Shown piece by piece: positions 48,601 through 57,954 of a stretch of DNA of 64,000 nucleotides. Every line of letters begins with the position of its first letter. The stretch's first letter is position 1. The notes beneath the pieces are model-generated. The model did no database searches and was not told where the DNA came from. It saw only the letters and a list, made by a program, of their open reading frames with translations. The translations under genes were made by a program, and so were the position numbers. The DNA lies in NCBI GenBank assembly GCA_028534125.1, contig CM052850.1, positions 25,792,001 to 25,856,000 on the forward strand, given 5' to 3'. This DNA is from Lama glama. Taxonomy: Eukaryota.

Positions 48601-51600
48601 GCCAGGCAGGGGCACCAGAGCCGCCCGCCTGAGGCCTAGGAGGACAGGTGACCGGGCTGAGCCGCCCCCACCCCACCCCCGGGACCTTAGAACCCAAGCC
48701 CCGAAGAGCCACGCAGACCTAGGCGGACGGGCCCTCCTGGTGGAGACCAGGAGCTCCAAGCGCCTCCGACTGTCCCCCGGCGGCAAGGAGGCCTGGAGAC
48801 GGCGGGCTCGGGGCGGCACCTGGAGCAAGGAGCTCATCCACAGGATCGTGCAGCAGAAGAACAGGGCTCGCGAGCCCCAGGCGCCGCGGGGCCCGGCCGC
48901 ACAGTCCTCCCCACGGGGCACCGTGGGTGCTTGCCCCCAGGAGTGCGACTCCGAGTCCGAGGAGGAGGATGGCCCGAGGCTGCGCGGCCCCCGCCTCAGA
49001 GGCCAGCTCCGCCCCAGCGGCCGGCGGTGGCATCGAGGCGAGAAGAGGAAGGAGGGGGACTTGACCCCGGGTCCCAGAGAGCATGGGCAGCAGCGGAAGC
49101 CCAGGAAGGTTGTGAGGCAGGATGCCGCGAGGGACAGGGTCTCGCTGGCCCCAGAGGAGCCGGGCGGGCCTGGGCTGGGCCTGTCACACAGCCCAGAGGA
49201 CGGAGTGGGCCCCAAGGAGAGAGGCCCCCAGCGTCTCCTGCAGGTTCTCACCGGTGCTGAGACCCCAGAGGAAAACCCTCCACCTCTGGGCTTCCCCCAA
49301 GATGCCAGGAAGCCTGACGTTTCAGAAGAGTTGCCCCCTGACACCACAGAACTTCTCAGAGAAGCCTCTGCAGACACCTGTGAGGGAGGAAGCCCCTGCC
49401 CCCCAACCCCAGCGCGCCCACAGCCCGGGGGAGAGGGCCCCCCAGCCTCCCCCCAAGGGGAACCGCCAGTGCACGTCGCTGACGCCGCCGACACAGCCCA
49501 CCCCGAGCCCACGGCCCTCGTTTTGAAGCCCCCCGGCCTCGGGCGTGGTCCTGCTCTTCCTCACGGAAGCCCCACAGGGGCTCCAGCCGCCAGAAAGGAG
49601 CCTCAGCCACACTCCAGCCCCCCTGGCGAGCTGCTCCTCGGACTCAAAGCCCTGGCTGGCTGTTTCCATGAAGCCCTGTGCCCCCAGCCCTCAGCCCCGG
49701 ACAGTCTGCCAGCCAGCAGGGCATGCCTCCACCAAGACGGTGTGGACACCAGTTCTGGAGAGCCAGTGCCACCCAGGAACCCACCCTACACCGTCGTCAC
49801 AGGCCTAGGCAAAGATGAATTGCCACTGGCCTTAGAGCCCACGCCTCTCTTCTCGGGGCTGCCCGTGGACAGCTTTGACCCACCCGTCTATAGCAGCCTG
49901 TCTGGGAATGGGGACACCCACATGCCACCTGCCTGTGCCAGCCCTCCTCTGAGGAAACCCCAGTTAGACCCACCGTACCCCTCGTTTCTGCCCGAGAAGG
50001 GCTGGTCCCTGCTGGAGGAAGAGTCCCCGATGCCACCTGGCCATCTGGGCCCTTTTCCTGGCCTCTCAGGGGAAAAGGCATTCAGTCAGAAGTGTCCCAG
50101 TGAAGGGACAGTGGCCACCAGCCTCCCTGCATTATCAGGTAAGGTTACCAAGTGCAGCTCCGCTTTTACGGGAGGCCTTTCCGAGGAAGAGCTGGAGATC
50201 AAAAGGCTGGTCACTGAACTGGAAAGTCAGCTGCAAAGTAAAGGTGCCCAGGAGGCCCCGGGAGAGCAGTCCCGAGTCCAGACGGCAGGCAGCGTGCATG
50301 TGGGCACCGCCAGCCCTGCGCCCGTCCTCCAGGCCGCCTCGCCCTGCAGGGACGCACTCTCTGCAGCCAACGTCACCGGTCCTGGGGAGTTGAGCCCACA
50401 CCCAGAAGGGGAGGAGACAGCTGTGGTCACCGCGGGGGGCACTCTGGGGAGCCCGGAGGAGGAGTGGCCCTCCTTCCACCCAGAAGCAGCCCTGCCCCCC
50501 AGCACCCACGGAAACGGGGCCAGCCTCAGTTTCCATCCAGTGCGGAAAGCCAGGATCTCCAAGACAGGGCTCCTCCGCGCAGAAGGGGACATCGGGGCCC
50601 CCCTGGAAGTCTGTCTGCTGGACCCTGGAGAACCACTCACACCCCCATCAGATGTGGGAAGTTTAGCAAAGTGCAGCCCCAACCGCAAGCCTTCACCTCC
50701 TAAGAGTAACAGGACCACCAGGACACAGCACGGCCAAGCCCCCCCACTGCTCCTTCCCTGCACGCAGGGAGGAGGCCCTTCCCCGGGATCCTGCAAGGCA
50801 CAGGTGCCCCGTCCAGGTCCCCCTGAGCTGGAAGCATTTGGCAGCCCTGTTGCCCATCTGACACCTAGCCTGGCAATTCGGGGTGCCACCCCTCCTTCTG
50901 GTGCCAGTCCCAGCAGGGCCCCCAAGGGACACCCTGCGACAAGCACAGGCGGGCCAGAAGGAGCAGGGCTCCTCGGCCCTGTGGCGGGGGGCCCTGGCCC
51001 CGAGCGTGATGAGCGCTTTGGACCAGCAGGAGCCTCCACAAGTCCTGCCTGCATGCTTGACCCCGGCCCCAGCAGGAAGCCCCCGGCCCCAGCCACGAGC
51101 CCCCTTCATCAACTCCAGCTCCTGGTGGCCAGAGCAGCTGAGAGGGAAGACTGCACCCAGAGCTTACAGGCTCCCCCCGCTGCCAACGCCCAGCGCCCTC
51201 AGCACGGCAGCCCCTCCGACCCGGGAGGGGACAGTGTGAGCCGTGGGCAAACAGCCTGCAGCCCCGCCCAGAGTTCCCATGGGGCTGTGCAGCTGACAGC
51301 TGACCCTGCTACGGCCGGGTGTGAACTGGGGCCAGAGGGAGATGGATATCTGGGCTCACAGGGCCAGGCCAAGAAGCCCGAGGACCAAGTCGAGGCCAGC
51401 TCACTGCAGCCAGGTGACCAAGGGAGGCCCGGGGGGCCGGACGACCTTGCCACAGCCGGTGCCAACGATGAAACCACGCCGGCCTGGCTGGTGGGGGCTG
51501 CAGACCAGCTGAGAGGGCAGCACCAAGGAAGCAGGGAAGCCGTAGGCCTTTGGAACAAGACACGGGCCACCCCCAGCTCCACCTCCTCTGAGGCAGACCC

Positions 51601-54600
51601 TTCAGGCCTAGCCTCTGCAGCAGCCCACACCCGAAATGGGCCTGAGGACCAGACTCCAGAGGAAGCAGCTGGCCCAGGCCTTAAGGAACATCTGCCTTTT
51701 GCTGGGGAGAACCCAGCGCCCCCAGTCAGGGCCCTGGCCAGCTGCTCCTCCTTGCCTACTTCTGCAGCCTCCCTCGGTCCCTGCAGCCTCCAGCCCCTGC
51801 CCCGGGAAGACCCTCCTGCTGCACCTTCAGGTGAGCTAAGGGGGCCGCTCCCAGCGTCTCCATCCTGTGGGGACCCTACCAGCCCGCAGCTTCTGCCAAC
51901 CCATTCTCCTACCTGGGCACCTCCACAAAGGGCCGACTGCACCCCAGACCCCACAGAGGCTGGGGTGCCCCTGGACGTGCCCCCATCTTTGAGGACAAGC
52001 CCCTGTGGCCCCAAGGAAAGCCAGACTTGCCACCCTCTCCTGGGGGACTGCAGCCCCCTGGAAGACCCTCCCAAGGGCCAGCCCAGCTCCGTCCATGTCC
52101 TCAGTCCCACCCATGAAGGGGACCACCCCGGAGGTTGCATGTCAGGAGCCCCAGAAGGTTCCAGAAAAGAAAGGCCACGGCAATTTCCTGCCTGCACCAC
52201 CCCTCCCCACTCAGCGAGGACCATCTGCGCAGTAGCCACCATCAAGGCCTCTGCCCTGCCCGGCACTCCCACCACCGGTGGCCTGGGGGCAGACAGAGGC
52301 CCCAGGGCCGAGTGGCCAGACCCCCACTGCAGGGGAGCCTCGGCCCACACCCGCCCCAAGGGCCAGTCCTCCGAACCCCCAGGCAACAGGGAGGGCCAGG
52401 TTGTCACCGCTGTGCCCGCTGACCCTTCCGCACTGGGGACTGCAGGGCCAGACCCCCACACCTGCTGGGAAGACGAGGCAGAGGCCAGCTGCCAGGGACA
52501 AGAAGGCCTGGAAACACCTGGGGCCATGCACCCTGGCATCGCAAAGGCATCGCGAGCAGGCGCCAGCGGCCTGACGGTCACCTGCCCTTCCCCAGAGTTC
52601 TACCCAGGCAGAGCCACGTCCCTGAGCAGCACAGCCAGCAGCTCCAGACCCAACTCCCCCCAAAACGTCAGAAACCTCCTCTTCCAGAGACCCCAAGGGG
52701 ATCCCCTCAGTCCCCAGGACCCCAGACAGACACCTCACAGGTTTAGAAAGAAGCCTGCATTCACTGAGAACGGCCACTGGAGGGACAGAGCCCCCAGTGG
52801 GAGGCCTGTGACCTGTGAGGTTTGCCTGGCCTCCTTCCGCTCTGGGCCGGGCCTAAGCCGCCACCGAGCCCGGAAGCACGGACCGCACCGGGATGCTGCC
52901 TCCCAGCCAAGCCCACAGTCCACACCTACCCCCAAGCCTGGGAAGCCCACAGCCCAGACATGCCACCCCCCCGGGAAGAGTCGCAGGGCACCCGGGAAGA
53001 AGACAAGGCACTTGCTGGAGGGCCCCAGCCTCGCCGCAGGGCCGCCTCCCGTCAGGGGCGCCGAGGACGCCCTGGGTTCCAAGATGTCAGAGAGGCTTAG
53101 GAAGGGGCTCAGCATCCTGGGAGGACCAGGCTGTCCCCCAGGCTGGGAACCACACCCCCCAGGCCTGGTCAAGCCAGGGGTGGACGTGAGGCCTGCAGAG
53201 CCCAGGAAACGGGACCAGCTGGAGAGGAACGAGCCCCATCCCAAATGGGCAGAGAAAGGAAGGGGCCAGAGGCGGGGCAGACCGCCCGTAGACTTCCCCA
53301 GCAAGTCAGAGGGGAAAGTCAACAAGAAAGCGCGGAAGCCGCGAGCGAGAAGGTTCCGGGAGGAGAGCGGTCCCCGGGTCCCTCCTGATGGGGTTTCAGA
53401 TAGAAGCAACTGGAATCCGTCACCCACCACTACCAGCTGCCCCGCTCCCCCGAGCCACCACCTCTCGCCAGAGGCAGAGCAGGAGACCCAGGCCGCACAG
53501 CCACCTCCCCTGGCCACGGACCCAGAGGAGACATCCGCGAAGAAGCCACCCGGGGATCGGGTAGTGGAGGAGGCGCCTCCCGGGGAAGAGCCAGGGGGGC
53601 AGAAGGCAGCCCTGGCAAGGGGGTGCCGGGGGTCCAGAGAGACCAGGACGTCGGGTGTCTGCAAGGAGCCGCCCGGGGTGGCTAGGGGAAAGCCTGCAGG
53701 CGACGGCAGAGTGGCTGAGAGCGGGTCGGGGCGAGGTGCCTGGGATGGACGCGAGCCCCCCTGGGGCCCCCCAGGCGCTCCTGGGGCTTGTGGTTCCGAG
53801 GCAGGTGGCAGCAGTCGCCCCCAGGTTCCCCGGCACGGCCCAGGAGACGGGGTCCAGGAGCAGCAGAGCGCCGTTCCCGGAGCCCCCAGCCCAGACCTCG
53901 GGGACCCTTTGAGCTTGTTTGATGATGAGGCCTCCTTTTCCCAGCTCTTCCCCCCAGGTGACCGCTTGACTCGGAAGAAGAACCCCCGTGTCTACGGGAA
54001 GCGCTGTAAAAAGCCCACGTCCCCACTGCGGCCAGAGCCCAGCGGCCAGGCGGGGGACAGCGCCGCCCCGAGCCCCGCCCGCCTGCCCACAGACCTCAGC
54101 GACTCAGGCTCGCCCTGCCTGTCCCACGAGGACCTGTGGGGGGGTGCGGCCGCAGGTCTGCCGGAGTCCTTCCTCCTGGAAGGCTTCCTCAGCAGCAAGG
54201 TGCCTGGCATCGACCCCTGGGCCCCGAGCCCCAGCCTGTTGGCCCTGGAGCCTGACCTGGAGGCAGACCCCCGCCACAATGAGGACCACCTGTCAGAAAA
54301 CATCCCTGAGCTGCACATGGTCCCGCCAGCTTGGCGAGGCCTGGAGCTGCAGGACCCCGCCGACGATGCCACCTCTCCTCTGGGAGACGTGAGCCCGGAG
54401 CCCCCCGACCTGGAGCAGGAGCGCTACGACTGTGGGGTCCCGGGGAGCGCCGTGGGTCTGGAGACGCCTGGCGCCAAGCTGGAGGTGCAGGCCCTGTGCT
54501 TCCCTGAGGGTCTCTCCAGTGCGAGCTGCTCGGGCTTCACAGCCATGGCCAGTTCCCAGGGCCCACGGAGCAGGACAGCGGAGGCGGCCAGGGCAAGAAA

Positions 54601-57178
54601 GGCCCCAGGCGGAGGCCGACTGGCCAAGGCCCGGAGGGCGTCCCACAAGTGCAGGGTGTGCTTCCAGCGCTTCCGCGGCCTAGGCGAGCTGGACCTGCAC
54701 AGGCTGGCCCACAGCCCCTCGCCACCCCCAACCTGCTACATGTGTGTGGAGCGCAGGTTCGGCTCGCGCGAGCTGCTGCGGGAGCACCTGCAGGAGAAGC
54801 ATGTGCAGAGCAAGGTGGGGCCGTGGGCCTGCGGCATGTGCCTCCGGGAGGTGGCCGACGTGTGGATGTACAACGAGCACCTGCGGGAGCATGCTGTGCG
54901 GTTTGCCCGCAAGGGGCAGACGCGGAGGACCCTGGGGGACCTGCCTGGAGGCTGGGAGGGGGACGGCGCGGTCATGTACTTCCTGAGTGGCATGGTGGGG
55001 CAGACGTCCAAACCCCACAGGGGCAAGCGTTCTGTCGGCAAGGCAGGCGGGGGCCCTGCAGACGCCTTGGGACAAGACTCCGGAGCTGGGAAAGAATTCC
55101 TGAGGGAGAAGCCGAGACCCAAGGCCCGCAGCAATAGCTCAGACCCAGACCCAGACCCAGACCCGGACGGTGCCTCCGCCCAGGGCAGCCCGTCAGCCTG
55201 CGCGACCCCCGCCCCGCCCGGCGGCTCATCCCCTGAAGCCCGTTCCAGCGGCGAGCCCCTCCTCCCGGCGGCCCCCGTACACCAGGACTGCAAGGACCCA
55301 GCCCGCGATTGCCACCACTGCGGGAAGCGGTTCCCCAAGCCGTTCAAGCTGCAGCGCCACCTGGCGGTGCACAGCCCGCAGCGCGTCTACCTGTGCCCGC
55401 ACTGTCCGCGGGTCTACCCGGAGCACCGGGAGCTGCGCGCGCACCTGGGCGGCGAGCACGGGCTGCGCGGGGAGCTGGAGCTGCAGCACACGCCACTGTA
55501 CGCCTGCGAGCTCTGCGCCAACGTCACACACATCAGCAGGAGGTCCTTCGTCTGCAGCTCCTGCAACTACACCTTCGCCAAAAAGGAGCAGTTCGACCGG
55601 CACATGGACAAACACCGGAGGAGGGGGCAGCAGCCCTTCACGTTCCGTGGCGTGCGGAGGCCCAGAGCCCCTGGGCAGAAGGCCCCGGCCCATGAGGGCT
55701 CCCTGCCCAGCAAACGGCGCAGGGTGGCCCCGCCCACCAGCCCCCCCAGGTCCAGTGTGGACCGGCCTTTGTCCCGGAGCAGCAGCCCCACCCTGAGCGA
55801 GGGGTCCCTCCCAGCCCTGCTCCAGCCCTGCCGAGAGGCAGCTCCCAGCACCATGGAAGGGCAGCCCAGGACCCCAGAGAGGCCCACAGACCCTGTGGGC
55901 CATCCAGTCAGGGGCAGTGATCTGTCCTCTGACCTCCAGGAGCTCCTGCCCCCATCCCTGTCTCCTTTCCCAGCAGCCTCACCTGATGGCAAAGATGGCC
56001 ACAAGCTGGACCAGGCCCTGGAGAGCTCTGAGGATGAGGCTTCCCCTGGCAGCCCAGAGCCTCTCCTCCAGGAGGCTGCCCCGTCAGAGAGCTCTCTGCC
56101 CCAGCCGGGAGCCAGAGGCCAAGATGTAGGGGAAAAGAGGGCTGCTGGCCCGTTCTCAGGGAAACGCAGGACCCCGAGCGCCCCTGGCAAATGTGCCCCT
56201 AACCATCGCCCAGAGGCCTCCTCCCTGCTCTGGAAGGAGAAGCAGGTGTCCACATGTCACTTGGCACCTTCAGGGGCCACGGGAGGCCCCTCCCATAAAG
56301 GCAGTGCCACCAAGCCTGGGGGCTGCCGGAGCTCATCAAAGGACAGGTCAGCTTCGTCCACCCCTAGCAAAGCACCCAGGTTCCCAGCACAACCAAAGAA
56401 GGCGGCGGCCAGTCCGACACACGGAGAGCTAGCCCGTGGCACTGAGGACAGGCCAAAACCCACCACCCTCAAAGCCAAGCCGGGCCCCAGCTCCCAAGGT
56501 GCTGGAGGCCCCCAGCAGGGCACCAAGACAGCAGGCGGCAGCCAGCCCCAGCCAGCCAGTGGGCAGCTCCAAAGCGAGACAGCCACCACCCCTGCCAAGC
56601 CCAGCTGCCCAGGCCAGGGCCCCGCCCCAGACAAGCCCACACCTCGAGCCCCAACTAAAGGCTACCCCAAGGGACCAAAGGAAGCTGGTGAGCAGGGGCC
56701 ACGAGGGAGCCTGGGCCCCAGGGAGGGTAGGGACAGTAGTGAAAAGAAGAGAAAGGGCCGGGCCCCAGGGCCAACCAGGGGTGAAGGTGTGGGGAGCCTG
56801 GGGAGGGGCCCCTTGGTCCCTGACAGACCCCACCGGGCACCTCGAAAGCAGGCAACTCCCAGCCGTGTGCCTCCCGCCAAGCCCAGGCCCTGTAGCCAGA
56901 ACAGCACAGTGCCCCCCCAGCCCTCAGAGCTGCGGAAGGGGGAGCCCAGCCACACTCATGGGGATACCAGACGTGTCAAGGAGGGGTTGGGCAAGGCCCT
57001 ACCCCAAGGGAGACCCCTGCACAGGCCCCCCAGGATGGGCGGGGCTGTCCACGGCACTGAACCCACCCACCCCCGGGCCTGCCGGACAGCAGAGTCCCAG
57101 AGCCACCTCCTCAGCCAACTCTTCGGGCAGAGACTAACCAGCTTCAAGATCCCTTTAAAAAAGGACCCTCCTGAGTAA
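45698..57178 (+). CDS. ZNF469: Zinc finger protein 469, 3826 aa, entire CDS in one exon
   Basis: Uninterrupted 11.5-kb ORF, Pro/Gly/Ser-rich. It matches recalled human ZNF469 at many points: N-terminus [95 protein letters not shown] and the C-terminal [20 protein letters not shown]. ATG context GCCATGC; stop TAA. Confidence 0.98.
   Translation: [3826 protein letters not shown]
47885..47962 (+). other. ZNF469: ZNF469 isolated N-terminal CCHC zinc finger (C-x2-C-x12-H-x3-C), first Cys at about aa 735
   Basis: Translates [26 protein letters not shown]. Confidence 0.85.
52814..52879 (+). other. ZNF469: ZNF469 isolated C2H2 zinc finger
   Basis: Translates [22 protein letters not shown]. Confidence 0.9.
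54650..54892 (+). other. ZNF469: ZNF469 cluster of three C2H2 fingers
   Basis: [65 protein letters not shown]. Confidence 0.9.
55310..55615 (+). other. ZNF469: ZNF469 C-terminal cluster of three C2H2 fingers plus one orphan CxxC
   Basis: [43 protein letters not shown], (YACELC), [21 protein letters not shown]. Confidence 0.9.
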
Positions 57179-57946
57179 TTTACAGGAGCCAGTGAGTGCC
57201 TGGGAGTGGGGCTGGGAACACATCCAGTGCATGGGCCCCTGTCTACGTGAGGAGCTCCAGTCCTCTGAGAGAGTTGGCCTGCTGGCCACATCTTAACCCA
57301 CTTGGCTTATAGTTCAAATGCTCAGACTTTGTGTGAGAGCTGAGACACATGCTTGAGCTGGGCCTGGGCTGGAGAGCAATACCTTCCTATCTGGAAGGCA
57401 AGGGTGAGGGGCGGGCCAGCTGCAGCCTCTTTGAGACCACACAGCTATTTTCTCAATACCCAGAACATAGAGAGCAACTCACCCCACCTCGCCCCATGTG
57501 CCCCATTTCCGGGGCCTGGTATGCCACAGAACCCCTTGTGGTGAAGGTTTGCACAGGTGCTCCCACCCATATCATCCAGCGGGGACGTCAGTCGAGGCAG
57601 CCGCAGGTCAGATGACGGCAAGCCTCCTCTTAGTCTCATTGCTGCTGTTGCTGGAATTCTAAAGTGACTCTAGACATCGGACGGGGCGGGGGCAGAAGAG
57701 CCATTTGCGAGCCACCTGCCCCCTCCCCCTGCCCTGCCCCCGACAGAGCGCAGCAGGCCTTCTCTGACCACAGGCCCATGTCAGCTTTTGTCCGCGCTGC
57801 CGATGGGGAAGCAGGCACCCTGACCCCTGGGGACCCGGCCCACTCCCGCCGGTCCTCCCCCCAGCCTCCACAGCTGCCCTGTCCAGAGCCTGCCTCCTGC
57901 ACGGAGCTCTCTGCTGCACGTATCAGCAATTTTACTCTGAAGTTTC

Positions 57947-57954
57947 TGGTGCTA
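57947..57954 (+). promoter_or_regulatory. miR-29 8mer target site (TGGTGCTA) in the 3'UTR
   Basis: Exact complement of the miR-29 seed plus A1, in an AU-rich patch of an otherwise GC-rich UTR. Confidence 0.65.

Noticed and set aside
45337-53664. Long antisense ORFs inside ZNF469 (312, 351, 289, 460 and 309 aa), all in one frame
   Set aside because: Stops in that frame need sense TTA/CTA/TCA spanning codon positions 3-1-2, which are rare in a GC-rich, Tyr-poor CDS. The products have no recognisable domains, so these are shadow ORFs.
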